64,000 bases of DNA from a virus (Duplodnaviria; Caudoviricetes): IMG/VR virus record IMGVR_UViG_3300014205_000227, positions 2,213 through 66,212 of that record; one strand, given 5' to 3'. The stretch's first letter is position 1; every line of letters starts with the position of its first letter. Shown here piece after piece: positions 44,768-54,656 of the stretch. The translations under genes and the position numbers were made by a program. The notes under the pieces are model-generated. The model did not search any database. It was given only the letters and a program-made list of their open reading frames with translations, and was not told the DNA's origin.

Positions 44768-45738
44768 AGCAAAACTCAGCTAAGAAAGAACTGATCTATA
44801 AGCTCGGGTCTATCTTCGTTTGGCGAAGTCCAGGGGTCGGCTATTACGAGATCAATGGCAAGTTCAATGTTTCGGTCGGATACGACGAAAAAAGCGTCTC
44901 ACTCTCGATCAAGCCCGAAACCATTGTCGCAGTATCTTCTAGGCGTCCGCTGATCGGCTACCGCAACTCAGCCGTCGAAGGACCGCCTACGGTTACAGTC
45001 GAAGAGTATCAAGCGAAAAAGACCGAAGCATACGAATGGGATGAGGTCAACGAAGAGGATCGATTCAAGAGTCTCGATCATGAGTTCGCTTGGAAGAAGT
45101 TCATTCAGGATTTGGTTTCTGTCTACGGCGAAGAAGAGACTCGAAACGATGTCGAGTTCGAGATTCAAGAGCTTGACGGTAATGAGACGGTTCCGCCTTA
45201 CTGCACTCCCGACCGCTTGATCGATTACAAACCCGGCCAAACCAATCTAACGACTTGGACCTACATTCCAAACAGGCTTGAGCTTTGTATCGAAATCGGC
45301 AAGATGTACGACTTTGAGTACACGCCGACCGTAAGCGATCATGCCTTGAGAGAACGATGCTGGAACATTCCAAAGCACGGAATCGCAAAGCTCGACTTTA
45401 TCAAGATCGGTCTCGGCGGTAACTTTGCCAGTTACAGCATGCTCGACGCTGTTGGATCAGCCTTCGGAACGATTGAAGAGTGTCGAGCCAAGCACGATAG
45501 GAACATCGACCTGATTCATGAGTTCTGGCGGCATGAGAGCGTCAAGCGAGTTCAGGTCACTCCGGATGCGATAACTCTCGGTGAGATTCAAACCCGACTG
45601 CAATCTTTGAAGTCCGAGATCAGCGCCATCAGATCAAAAGCCAATACCGAAGGGTCACTCTTTAGCAGTAAGCAGATGGTTTCTGAACTCTTGAGGGACA
45701 TCGCAAAGACGGCGAAGCTCATCGAGGCAACTCAATGA
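44764..45738 (+). CDS. Hypothetical protein
   Basis: 324 aa; ATGA overlap. Confidence 0.65.
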   Translation: MKQNSAKKELIYKLGSIFVWRSPGVGYYEINGKFNVSVGYDEKSVSLSIKPETIVAVSSRRPLIGYRNSAVEGPPTVTVEEYQAKKTEAYEWDEVNEEDRFKSLDHEFAWKKFIQDLVSVYGEEETRNDVEFEIQELDGNETVPPYCTPDRLIDYKPGQTNLTTWTYIPNRLELCIEIGKMYDFEYTPTVSDHALRERCWNIPKHGIAKLDFIKIGLGGNFASYSMLDAVGSAFGTIEECRAKHDRNIDLIHEFWRHESVKRVQVTPDAITLGEIQTRLQSLKSEISAIRSKANTEGSLFSSKQMVSELLRDIAKTAKLIEATQ

Positions 45739-46214
45739 ATCCGGCTGATCTTGTCGCTGGTAAGGTCTATTCCTACAACGACATTTACCACACTGGGAAG
45801 ATTATCGCCATCGAGTTCGTCGAAGTCTGGCGGTCGCAAGATCGACCCGACGTCGACATTTATCAGTTTATCGCCGACCGTACCTTTTGCCATTGCTCGA
45901 TGCTTTACCGAGACGTTCAAGAGCTAGTCGAAGATGACGGTCGATTCAAGAGACAAGGAGCTTGCTACGTCGAGACTGGCGAAGCTGTCGAGCGAAAGAA
46001 CTTCTTGCACGTCGACTTTGTTGGTCGGGGAAAGGTGCTCGGAACGATTATCACCTACGAAGGTCGAGAGATCAACGTCGCTGAGAGCGGAGAAGGGTCG
46101 GCTAAGTGGGCTGGCGACATGGGCTATCGCGTGATCAAAGAAGATGGTCCGATTATCACTTATGGTTTCCAAGGTCCTGATCCTTTCCAGGTCCGAATGT
46201 GGGGAGGTTTCTGA
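45735..46214 (+). CDS. Hypothetical protein
   Basis: 159 aa; ATGA overlap. Confidence 0.55.
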   Translation: MNPADLVAGKVYSYNDIYHTGKIIAIEFVEVWRSQDRPDVDIYQFIADRTFCHCSMLYRDVQELVEDDGRFKRQGACYVETGEAVERKNFLHVDFVGRGKVLGTIITYEGREINVAESGEGSAKWAGDMGYRVIKEDGPIITYGFQGPDPFQVRMWGGF

Positions 46215-46215
46215 A

Positions 46216-46752
46216 TTGAAGATCATTTTCTTAGACATCGATGGAGTTCTCAACGATCATCATCACTACGGAAACAGCTATTGCCGGTTGAAGCATGAGT
46301 GCGTCATGGAGCTTGCTCGAATACTCGAGGCAGTTCCAGAAGCGAAGATCATCGTAACTTCGGCCTGGAGGTATCTGCTTCACCAAGAGGTCTTTCGCTC
46401 GACCGGTCTCGAATATATGTTCTGCATGTTCGGGATGCCATATGCGACAGCGTATAGCTCGGTCATCGGTTTCACAGCTACCGACGAAGACACTTGTATT
46501 TATCTCGGGCTTTCAGAACCTGGCGCTGAGCTTGATTACGAATGGCTCAAAGAGAACGGAGAGCTAGTTCGTCGAGAGCAAGTCTATTCAGTCTTGAAAG
46601 ACTTGACTCAACTCGACGAAAAGCCATCGCCTATCACCTTCGTAGTGCTCGACGATCTTGATCTTCAACTCGACGAACTGATTCAGACAGACGGAAATGT
46701 CGGCCTTACTCGCGAGCTTGCCGACCTCGCAATTCAAAAACTGAGGAACTAA
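46216..46752 (+). CDS. HAD-superfamily phosphatase (RNA-repair-associated HAD-like)
   Basis: IIFLDIDGVLN, IIVTSAWR and FVVLDD; TTG after GGGAGG. Confidence 0.8.
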   Translation: MKIIFLDIDGVLNDHHHYGNSYCRLKHECVMELARILEAVPEAKIIVTSAWRYLLHQEVFRSTGLEYMFCMFGMPYATAYSSVIGFTATDEDTCIYLGLSEPGAELDYEWLKENGELVRREQVYSVLKDLTQLDEKPSPITFVVLDDLDLQLDELIQTDGNVGLTRELADLAIQKLRN

Positions 46753-47714
46753 TGGGAAAAGACACAAAGATAAGCTGGGCAAACCACACTTTCAACCCCT
46801 GGATGGGATGCGACGAAGTATCGCCCGGATGCGATAACTGTTACGCGAAAGTCCAAGTCGAGCGTTGGAAGAAGTCGACCTGGGGTCATGAGAAAGAAGG
46901 GGGAAGCCGGACACTCACTAGCCCTCAATACTGGAGTGCTCCAATTCAATGGAATCAGCAAGCCGCCAGAGACAAGATTCGACGTCGAGTCTTTGTCGCT
47001 TCACTCGCTGATATCTTCGAGAACTGGCAGGGACCGATGCGGTTCGGCTTCGGACCGTTCAAAGATCACGTCATCAGATTCTCTCACGAACGGGGAATGT
47101 ACGCCGCCGAAGATGGACTTCCAGAGATCGAGTCGCGAGAGCCTATGCTCACGATGGATCAAGTGAGATCGAGCCTCTTCGAAATGATCAATCAAACGCC
47201 TTGGCTCGACTGGCTTCTCTTGACGAAGAGACCTCACAACGTCATGACGATGACCGACGCGGCTTTCTGGGAATCCGACAATCGCTGGTTAGGTATCACC
47301 GCTGAGAATCAGGAAATGTGGGAGAAGCGGTATCTGCATGCCGCTAAGGTTCCGGCCAAGGTTCGCTTCGTCTCAGCCGAACCGCTTCTCGGTCGGATCA
47401 ATTTCGATGCTCCGTCGACCGACGAATTAACCGGGTGCGCTGATGACGATCTGTTCGAGCTCGGGTTCTTTCACTGGGTCATATGCGGCGGTGAGAGTGG
47501 CCCCAAAGCTCGCGAGTTCGATCCTCAAAATGCTCATAAGATCATGAAGCGATGCGAAGGTTCGAACGTGGCCTTTTGGATGAAGCAATTTGGATCCAAC
47601 CCGCTTGATCGATTCAATGACTTCAAGCCGGTCACTCTTGATAGCCACGGTACCGACTGGCATGGGTACAGCGATTTGAAAGTTCGACAACTGCCGGCCG
47701 GGAGGGAGCTTTGA
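46752..47714 (+). CDS. DUF5131 / Gp37Gp68 family protein (radical-SAM-like Fe-S motif)
   Basis: TKISW...TFNPWMGCDEVSPGCDNCYA, LLLTKRP, FVSAEPLL and WVICGGESG. Confidence 0.85.
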   Translation: MGKDTKISWANHTFNPWMGCDEVSPGCDNCYAKVQVERWKKSTWGHEKEGGSRTLTSPQYWSAPIQWNQQAARDKIRRRVFVASLADIFENWQGPMRFGFGPFKDHVIRFSHERGMYAAEDGLPEIESREPMLTMDQVRSSLFEMINQTPWLDWLLLTKRPHNVMTMTDAAFWESDNRWLGITAENQEMWEKRYLHAAKVPAKVRFVSAEPLLGRINFDAPSTDELTGCADDDLFELGFFHWVICGGESGPKAREFDPQNAHKIMKRCEGSNVAFWMKQFGSNPLDRFNDFKPVTLDSHGTDWHGYSDLKVRQLPAGREL

Positions 47715-48382
47715 AAGAGACCGGCATTCTCTTTACTGGCTTGATGATGAACGCCATCAGGAAAAACACGAAGAGCGAGACAAGGCGCGTTCGTGGTCTC
47801 GCTGAGATTAACGCCAACCCAGATGACTGGGAGCTTGATCACTTCGACGAAGACTTCGGTTGGTGCTTCTGGCAGAAGTCCGAATCGAATCCTGAGAAGG
47901 GCGAAAAGTCGGGAGTATCGATCAAGTGCCCTTATGGAGTGAAAGACGATCGGCTATGGTGCCGAGAGAACTTCAAAAAGGTCGCTGAGTTCGAATACTC
48001 CTATCAAGCCGACTATGATAGCGATCAGATCAAAGCTCGCAAACCGTGGAAGCCATCAATCCATATGCCCCGCGTGGCTTGCCGAGAGAACCTAGTCGTT
48101 CTTGAGACCTACCCTCAAAGAATCCACTCGATGACAGAAGGTCAAGCCATGAACGAAGGAATCATGTCGCTCTCTCATGATTGGGTTATGAGCAATATGC
48201 CCGACTACGCCGCCGAATACCGAGAGTGCATGCGGCTAAGAGAGCAGGGGATAGTGAGAAAGCCCCCGCTCGGTCCTTTGCCGACTGTGCGGTTCAAGAT
48301 GCTCTGGGAAGAGATCAACGGCAAAGACTCATACGATTCGAATCCATGGGTCTGGGTCGTTCGTTTTAGAAGGTTCGCCTAA
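47711..48382 (+). CDS. ASCH/PUA-like domain protein, copy 1
   Basis: AIRKNTKSETRR, LWCRE, WKPSIHMPR and NPWVWVVRF. Confidence 0.7.
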   Translation: MKETGILFTGLMMNAIRKNTKSETRRVRGLAEINANPDDWELDHFDEDFGWCFWQKSESNPEKGEKSGVSIKCPYGVKDDRLWCRENFKKVAEFEYSYQADYDSDQIKARKPWKPSIHMPRVACRENLVVLETYPQRIHSMTEGQAMNEGIMSLSHDWVMSNMPDYAAEYRECMRLREQGIVRKPPLGPLPTVRFKMLWEEINGKDSYDSNPWVWVVRFRRFA

Positions 48383-48427
48383 GCACGTCGCAAGCTCGGT
48401 AAGCCTTATCTGTTTGAGGAACAAAAA

Positions 48428-50245
48428 TTGAAAACACTTTCACGTATTGAAGAGATTGTCGCGGCAGATTTATTCTGCGGCGCCGGGGGTTCGTCGGCTG
48501 GCATTCACGCCGCATGCAAAGAGAAAGAGCTTGGCTTGAACCTTGTTGCGGTCAACCACTGGGACCTAGCGATATCGAGCCACACGGTCAACCATCCCGC
48601 CGCCGCTCACTACTGCGCGAACATCGAAGCGATCAACCCTCGCGACGTCGTACCGAGTGGCTACCTCAATCTTCTTTGGGGTTCTCCAGAATGCACTCAC
48701 CACTCGAACGCGGCTGGCGGTCGACCTAAGAACGATCAATCCCGCGCATCTGCTTGGCTCATTCTCAAGTGGCTTCAAGAGCTATACGTCGAGAACCTTG
48801 TCTTAGAGAACGTTCGAGAGTTCGTCGGCTGGGGACCGCTCGACAAGCACGGTCGACCGATCAAGAAACTCAAAGGGCAGACGTTCATGGCGTTCTTAGA
48901 AGCCATACGGTCTTTGAACTTCTCGGTCGAGTACAAGATTCTGAACGCCGCGGATTATGGCGATCCTCAAACCCGCATTCGCTGTTACGTGATCGCTCGC
49001 AACAACAACAAACCTATCCGGTGGCCAGAACCCACTCACTGCGACCGAAAGCTGATCGACAAGAAGAACTCAGGCATGTTCGGTCAAGTGCTTAAACCTT
49101 GGGTTCCAGCGCGAGAGATCATCGACTGGACCATCAAGGGTAAATCGATCTTCGGTCGAAAGAAGCCCCTCGCCAAAACGACTCTGCATCGAATCTACGC
49201 AGGATTCGAAAAGCACGGTGGCCCGAATGCCGAACCGTTCTTGATCATCTTGAGAAACCATATGGAATCGCAAGGTATCGACTCGCCAGTTCCGACCGTG
49301 ACGGCTGGCGGGAATCATATCGGTCTTTGCGTCCCTCAGATCATCAGGTACACGAAGGGCAACTCAGTACCGGTCGACGAACCTTTGCCGACTCAAACTC
49401 AGAACGAATGCTTTGGCCTGGCAGAATCGATAATCGTCGGGGCTGGCGGAACAGAAGGGAGCGGAAAGCCGAAGTCGACAAACGATCCGCTCGGAACCGT
49501 TCTGACTCATGATCGAAGAGCACTCGCTCAGACCGAGATATGCAAAGTCGACTTTATCCTGCCTCACCAAGTCTTCGACCTTACGTCGGCCGATTCTGTC
49601 GACGAACCGATGCGAACGATCAGGGCAAATAGTGGCGAAGAGAATAAAGTCGTCGAAGGAACGATCATTCCGTTCTTCGGAGAGAGACCCGGGCAAGAGC
49701 CGCGCTGTCACTCAATCGACGAACCGATTCCGACAGTTACTAGCCATGGCGCAGGAGCTTTGTCGGAAGGGTTTATCTTGCCTCATGACATTCGCAACCG
49801 TGGCATAGTCGACTCGCTCGACGAACCGTTTAGAACGATGGTCGGAGAGAACTCAAGACAGTTTAAAGTCGCAGAAGCGTTTATCGTCGAGACCGCTCAC
49901 GGTGTAGATGCCACAGAAACCGAGTCTCAGGCGGCTCAGCGTCGTTCGAGCAGTATCGACGACCCAATACGTACTGTAACGGCTTCTAGCGCGACACAGG
50001 GCATTGTCGAGGCATATCTGATCATGCCGAACGGTGATCAAGTTTTACCGATGATCGTTACCCCTCACGGAACGTTCAATCTCGACATTACTTTGAGGAT
50101 GCTCAAGCCTCACGAATTGGCCGGCGCTTTCTCTATTCCAGACTTCACTTTTAACGGCACCCTAGAAGAGAAGGTCAAGCAGATCGGAAACGCGGTCTGT
50201 CGAGAAGTGGCGAAAGCTCTTTGTCTGTCGGTGCTAGGAGATTAA
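48428..50245 (+). CDS. C5-cytosine DNA methyltransferase with seven internal (D/E)PhxT repeats
   Basis: DLFCGAGG, GSPEC, ENVREF, PQTRIR and KQIGNAV. Confidence 0.9.
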   Translation: MKTLSRIEEIVAADLFCGAGGSSAGIHAACKEKELGLNLVAVNHWDLAISSHTVNHPAAAHYCANIEAINPRDVVPSGYLNLLWGSPECTHHSNAAGGRPKNDQSRASAWLILKWLQELYVENLVLENVREFVGWGPLDKHGRPIKKLKGQTFMAFLEAIRSLNFSVEYKILNAADYGDPQTRIRCYVIARNNNKPIRWPEPTHCDRKLIDKKNSGMFGQVLKPWVPAREIIDWTIKGKSIFGRKKPLAKTTLHRIYAGFEKHGGPNAEPFLIILRNHMESQGIDSPVPTVTAGGNHIGLCVPQIIRYTKGNSVPVDEPLPTQTQNECFGLAESIIVGAGGTEGSGKPKSTNDPLGTVLTHDRRALAQTEICKVDFILPHQVFDLTSADSVDEPMRTIRANSGEENKVVEGTIIPFFGERPGQEPRCHSIDEPIPTVTSHGAGALSEGFILPHDIRNRGIVDSLDEPFRTMVGENSRQFKVAEAFIVETAHGVDATETESQAAQRRSSSIDDPIRTVTASSATQGIVEAYLIMPNGDQVLPMIVTPHGTFNLDITLRMLKPHELAGAFSIPDFTFNGTLEEKVKQIGNAVCREVAKALCLSVLGD

Positions 50246-50246
50246 C

Positions 50247-50477
50247 TTGAAATACGTAAAGATCGGTAGCGTCGTCGATGCGAGCCTAGTCGCTCGCCAA
50301 GCTGTTCTTTCGATAGCTCGGGAATACAAACTCTCGCTGATCGAGAAGAGGCTCGAAGAGATCGATGATCAGAACCTTTGGGTGGTAAGTCGTGGCGATA
50401 GCTTTTCAGTGTTCACGATGTCTGAGTTCACCAGCGAATATCAGCCTCTTTCGATGTACTCAGGTGATCAAGAATGA
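50247..50477 (+). CDS. Hypothetical protein
   Basis: TTG after AGGAG; 76 aa. Confidence 0.5.
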   Translation: MKYVKIGSVVDASLVARQAVLSIAREYKLSLIEKRLEEIDDQNLWVVSRGDSFSVFTMSEFTSEYQPLSMYSGDQE

Positions 50478-50710
50478 ATACAGTTCGCACGATGTATCTC
50501 TACCCTGGCGGAAGTGTCTCAGGACCGGCTAATGTCACTTTCACCTGGATAACGAGTGCTCAGACGTTTGGGATTCATTGTCTCTCGAACGATCCTCTCG
50601 TTTGTGCCTATCGAGTCGTAACAGCAAACGATCAGATCAACCCCGACGAAACCCTGATCGCTTCCGCTGAGGGACCGCATGGAGTGCTCTGCCATCTGGT
50701 GAGATTTTGA
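50474..50710 (+). CDS. Hypothetical protein
   Basis: ATGA overlap; 78 aa. Confidence 0.5.
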   Translation: MNTVRTMYLYPGGSVSGPANVTFTWITSAQTFGIHCLSNDPLVCAYRVVTANDQINPDETLIASAEGPHGVLCHLVRF

Positions 50711-50907
50711 ACCTGACCGAATATCCTCCATGCCCTCTTTGTGGTCAAAGGTTCGGCATGGATCATCGAGACCCTAAGAAGCTTTGCTTAGATTGCGAGT
50801 GTTGCGGCGATTGCGTGAATAACGATGTTTGCATCGTTCGAGGGTGCATCAATAAGCTCTCGACGATGCCCGGTCCAGCTTGGAAAGAACAATGGCAGAA
50901 GAAGTAA
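50707..50907 (+). CDS. Small Cys-rich protein
   Basis: CPLC, CLDCECCGDC; 66 aa. Confidence 0.5.
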   Translation: MNLTEYPPCPLCGQRFGMDHRDPKKLCLDCECCGDCVNNDVCIVRGCINKLSTMPGPAWKEQWQKK

Positions 50908-51932
50908 ACGAACAGTTCTGGCGACTGATGGAAGGTGACACTCTCGCAAAGCTCAAAGAGCTACCGGCGAAGAGCGTCGACTGCATTATCACGTCGCCGC
51001 CGTATTGGCAGATCAGAGACTACGGATTCAAAGGTCAATATGGGCTTGAGCCGACCATCGGTCTCTATACGGCGAACATGGTCAAGGTCTTTGAAGAGTG
51101 TCGAAGGGTGCTCAAGACTCGCGGAGTCATGTGGCTGAACATGGGAGATTGCTACTCTGAGCGCGGCGGCAAGCCATCAAATCACAACCTCGGAAACAAC
51201 GCCTGCCGATCGTATCTCAAAGCCAAGGGGTTCAAGCGCAAAGAGCTAATCGGTCAACCTTGGCGACTCGCGTTCGCTCTTAGCGATGCTGGATGGTACT
51301 TGAGGCTCGACGTCGTTTGGAATAAGCCTAACGCGATGCCTGAAAGTGCGAGAGATCGACCGTCTCGCTCTCATGAGTACATCTTCTTGCTCTCAAAGTC
51401 CGCGAAATACCTCTTCGACAAAGACGCGATCAAAGAGAAGGTGACAGGTAACGCTCACAGTCGTGGCGAGGGGATAAATCCGAAAGCGCAGAAGCAAGTA
51501 ACAGGCTGGGATTTAGAACCCGGTCGACACGGTTCTCGACATCGAGGAAAGTCGGGAGGTCCCAACAGCCGAATACACGTTACTCGCGACGTCGCTCAGC
51601 GTCCGCCTCAAGCTAGACAGAACGAAAGCATGAGCGCGGCTCTCAGTGGCCTAGTCGACTATCGGTCATGTCGCTCGGTCTGGGATATCGCAACGAAGGG
51701 AACCTCAGAAGATCACTATGCGACCTTCCCCGAAGAACTCGCGAGACGGTGCATCTTGTCAGGCTGTCCGCTCGGCGGAGTAGTGCTCGATCCGTTCATC
51801 GGATCTGGAACGACTATGAAGGTTGCGCTCGAACTCGGTCGCTCTTGCATCGGCATAGACCTTGATCCGAAGTGCATCCAGATGTCGACCGCGAAAGCTC
51901 AGAACGTAAACCTTCCCCTGATTCACTTCTGA
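50892..51932 (+). CDS. N4-cytosine/N6-adenine DNA methyltransferase (beta class)
   Basis: ITSPPYW, WNKPN, HEYIFLL, HYATFP and VLDPFIGSGTT. Confidence 0.9.
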   Translation: MAEEVNEQFWRLMEGDTLAKLKELPAKSVDCIITSPPYWQIRDYGFKGQYGLEPTIGLYTANMVKVFEECRRVLKTRGVMWLNMGDCYSERGGKPSNHNLGNNACRSYLKAKGFKRKELIGQPWRLAFALSDAGWYLRLDVVWNKPNAMPESARDRPSRSHEYIFLLSKSAKYLFDKDAIKEKVTGNAHSRGEGINPKAQKQVTGWDLEPGRHGSRHRGKSGGPNSRIHVTRDVAQRPPQARQNESMSAALSGLVDYRSCRSVWDIATKGTSEDHYATFPEELARRCILSGCPLGGVVLDPFIGSGTTMKVALELGRSCIGIDLDPKCIQMSTAKAQNVNLPLIHF

Positions 51933-51957
51933 CGGGTCAGGTTTCTTGAGAAACGTA

Positions 51958-51969
51958 TGATACATTGTA
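51958..51969 (+). promoter_or_regulatory. Extended -10 promoter TGaTACATT
   Basis: Intergenic; followed by TTGAGGAACATC RBS. Confidence 0.5.
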
Positions 51970-51993
51970 TACTTTGAAGTTGAGGAACATCAA

Positions 51994-52314
51994 ATGAAAT
52001 CGATCAAACAACTATTGATTCAGTCGTCTATTCCGCTCCATCTTTGCGACAGCTTAGAGAAGTACATCGTTGAGAAAGTCCCTCCTGGAGGTTTTCTCCA
52101 GCATGTCTTGATCAACGATCTCAAAGGGGCGATCACTCGCGCAGACCATACGTCGACGAACCGACTCAAAGACATCGTGATCACTCTCGATCAGATCGCG
52201 CCTCGGGATTGTTGGGGCTCGAAAGAGAGCGTCTGTCGCTGGATCAGTCCAGAGTATGCGGGTCGGCTCGAATTCGTAAACGAAGCCGAATATAAGCAAT
52301 TTACAAATCGGTAA
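51994..52314 (+). CDS. Conserved small phage protein
   Basis: YIVEKVPPGGFLQHVLINDL...APRDCWGS motif. Confidence 0.7.
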   Translation: MKSIKQLLIQSSIPLHLCDSLEKYIVEKVPPGGFLQHVLINDLKGAITRADHTSTNRLKDIVITLDQIAPRDCWGSKESVCRWISPEYAGRLEFVNEAEYKQFTNR

Positions 52315-52324
52315 CGAGGAACAT

Positions 52325-52690
52325 ATGAACGAACAGAAACTAAGACAGATCATGGGCGATTACAAGGTATCGCTTCAAGAGATCGCGGACTACCTTGGAT
52401 GCTCGAAGAACTCGGTCATCGCGTGGCTAAGGCCAGTCGGGAATGCGGCTCGGCGTGAAGTCCCAACCATGGCGATACTTGCACTTGAGGCGAAGTATTG
52501 CCCTAAGCCAAGCACCGGCCAAATCGTGGCGGCTTCCGTAGTCGTTCACCTGATCGAATACGGTTCGCCTGATGGTCAACCTATCGACCTTCAAGCCGCT
52601 CAATCTTTGCTCGGAAATGCAGACCTGAGAGGCTGGCTCAAATCATTCAACAAAGCACTTTTGCCAAACATGAGGAAATCGAAACTATGA
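52325..52690 (+). CDS. XRE/Cro-like HTH protein
   Basis: VSLQEIADYLGCSKNSVIAWL. Confidence 0.75.
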   Translation: MNEQKLRQIMGDYKVSLQEIADYLGCSKNSVIAWLRPVGNAARREVPTMAILALEAKYCPKPSTGQIVAASVVVHLIEYGSPDGQPIDLQAAQSLLGNADLRGWLKSFNKALLPNMRKSKL

Positions 52691-53145
52691 AGCTTCTAAA
52701 CCTATTCACCAACAGCCTGAGAGAGAATGAGATCGACGGCGTGATCTTCGAGAGCGACGAAGAGAAAGCCATCGTCGAAGCTGGACTTATCATTCTGTCG
52801 AGTCGGCTACCAGGTAACGAACTGATCAATACGATGGTCGGAAACTTTATCGACGGTATCGGAACCACCGACCCGAATCTCTATCCGGTCGACTTCAAGA
52901 CGATGGACTCTGAGAACGTAGCAGACGTGCGTTCGAAGAGCATGATCGAAGGTCTTACTCGCTCGATCGGCAGGGTTCTTGAACATACCGACTTTAGCAA
53001 GCTGGAACTGAGCAACTGTCATGCTGGGACCGACAATTCCAAGTGCGACAAGTGCAACGCGCTAAAGGCAATGTACGAAATGTACGTGAGTTCTCTCCAC
53101 GAGTTTGATCTCGACGATAACAAGATCGTGGCGGCTCATGAGTAG
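52687..53145 (+). CDS. Hypothetical protein
   Basis: 152 aa; ATGA overlap. Confidence 0.55.
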   Translation: MKLLNLFTNSLRENEIDGVIFESDEEKAIVEAGLIILSSRLPGNELINTMVGNFIDGIGTTDPNLYPVDFKTMDSENVADVRSKSMIEGLTRSIGRVLEHTDFSKLELSNCHAGTDNSKCDKCNALKAMYEMYVSSLHEFDLDDNKIVAAHE

Positions 53146-53515
53146 CGAGCAAGTATCGGAACGCCAGAGACGCCATGACCTAGTAATGAGACTTCGAGCA
53201 CTCTTTCTCGCTTATGGCTGGACTGAGGACTATGACGACGGCGAATCGGTTAGCTTCTCGCGAGCCGACGTGCTCGACCCTTGCGAAGTGACGATCTATG
53301 TCGAAGACTTGCTCTCAGATGAGGTAGTCGCGACGATCCTCAAAATGATGGTAGCTCCCGACCGTGAAATACACGTCAAGTTCAGATCAGACGGGATGAT
53401 CTGTTCATACGACTGGCGCGATATCGTCGAGACGACTTACTCGGCGGAATACGGAGTCGCGGCTATAGAACTGGCTGAGAAGCTTTTCGAGAAAATGCAC
53501 AGGAGGAAAATATGA
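53138..53515 (+). CDS. Hypothetical protein
   Basis: ATG 53138 overlapping upstream end. Confidence 0.55.
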   Translation: MSSEQVSERQRRHDLVMRLRALFLAYGWTEDYDDGESVSFSRADVLDPCEVTIYVEDLLSDEVVATILKMMVAPDREIHVKFRSDGMICSYDWRDIVETTYSAEYGVAAIELAEKLFEKMHRRKI

Positions 53516-53724
53516 ACGCCGACTACCTGATCACGCTCAAAGTTCGAGTCAAGTCGAATGAGAAGATCGGTCTCAAGTTCGCCGCCGAAGAAGCTCTTCG
53601 AGAACTTCGAATCGAAGGGAGTGGAATTGAGTTCAGACCAGATGGCGGTTTCGAATACTCGTGGAAAGTTATGAGCGGTCGGAAGATGAAGGTCGACCTA
53701 GCTTTGGAGGAAAAGAATGGCTGA
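53512..53724 (+). CDS. Hypothetical protein
   Basis: AGGAGG RBS; 70 aa. Confidence 0.55.
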   Translation: MNADYLITLKVRVKSNEKIGLKFAAEEALRELRIEGSGIEFRPDGGFEYSWKVMSGRKMKVDLALEEKNG

Positions 53725-53920
53725 GGACGTACTTGTTAAAGGAGAACAAATGTGGTTCTCCATATTCGACCCGATAACAGGAACCTATAAAGACCCTACT
53801 AACGGCAAAGACCATTTCATTCCGCAAGCCGTTTTTGATCATGGGGGATACATGGTCTACGACATAACTGCGCCAAACGCGATCATGCCAGTAACTGATA
53901 GGGAAGTTAAGAATGGCTGA
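53717..53920 (+). CDS. Hypothetical protein
   Basis: GGAGG RBS; 67 aa. Confidence 0.5.
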   Translation: MAEDVLVKGEQMWFSIFDPITGTYKDPTNGKDHFIPQAVFDHGGYMVYDITAPNAIMPVTDREVKNG

Positions 53921-54575
53921 TCGAATCGCCTATGCAAGTTCACAGGAGCTTTGGGGAATCGCCGGCGCCATTGAGGGGCTTTCTGTTTTGCACCACGTCG
54001 TCGAGCGGTCGATCAAGGGAAAGAAAGATCAGATTCGTCGACCTGCTCGAAACTGCCCTAAGTGGCCTCAGTTGCCGATCAAGAAAGCATCGAACGTGCA
54101 AACCGGTCAAGTGCTCTTCTATACGGGGCAAAACGTTCCTATCAAGGTGAATAAGGTAGCTCAGTGGCTCTACGAATCCGCATGGAAGAAGGGAGCGATT
54201 TACTACTTTCGCGAGCCATACGTCCATACGATTCACGGCTCGAACGTTCCGGCCGGATACAAGGGACCGGCCGGGAACGCGACTGATGTCTATTGCGCTC
54301 GCGCCTACTTGAAGATCACAGATATAAGGCTTCAAAAGCTCTGGGACGTGACAGAAGAAGAGGTCTATCGCGAGGGATTCACCGGCAAGGATTTAGAGAC
54401 AATGAACCTAGGAATACAGGCGACTCGAATCGCTGATATGATGGGGCACTCTAAGACCGATCTTCGCCATTGCTTTTGGTGGCTCTGGAATGATCTCTAC
54501 GGAACGACGCCTTACAACGTGATCGAGAACCCGACCGTGGAAGTCCTGACATACGAGACGGTGATCAGGGAGTAG
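53913..54575 (+). CDS. ASCH/PUA-like domain protein, copy 2
   Basis: YFREP, ARAYLKITDIRLQKLWDVTEEEVYREG and ENPTVEV. Confidence 0.6.
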   Translation: MADRIAYASSQELWGIAGAIEGLSVLHHVVERSIKGKKDQIRRPARNCPKWPQLPIKKASNVQTGQVLFYTGQNVPIKVNKVAQWLYESAWKKGAIYYFREPYVHTIHGSNVPAGYKGPAGNATDVYCARAYLKITDIRLQKLWDVTEEEVYREGFTGKDLETMNLGIQATRIADMMGHSKTDLRHCFWWLWNDLYGTTPYNVIENPTVEVLTYETVIRE

Positions 54576-54585
54576 CGAGATCCCG

Positions 54586-54655
54586 GAATACAGACTCTCC
54601 AGAATACAGACTCTCCAGAATACAGACCTTCCAAAATACAGACTCTCCAGAATAC
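54586..54655. repeat. About 4.4 copies of a 16-bp direct tandem repeat GAATACAGACTCTCCA
   Basis: Units at 54586, 54602, 54618 and 54634, partial at 54650; non-coding. Confidence 0.9.
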
Positions 54656-54656
54656 G

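Noticed and set aside
54586-54655. Possible CRISPR or mini-array
   Set aside because: Repeats are 16 bp and head-to-tail with no spacers; no cas operon (the Cas4-like nuclease is in a recombination context)
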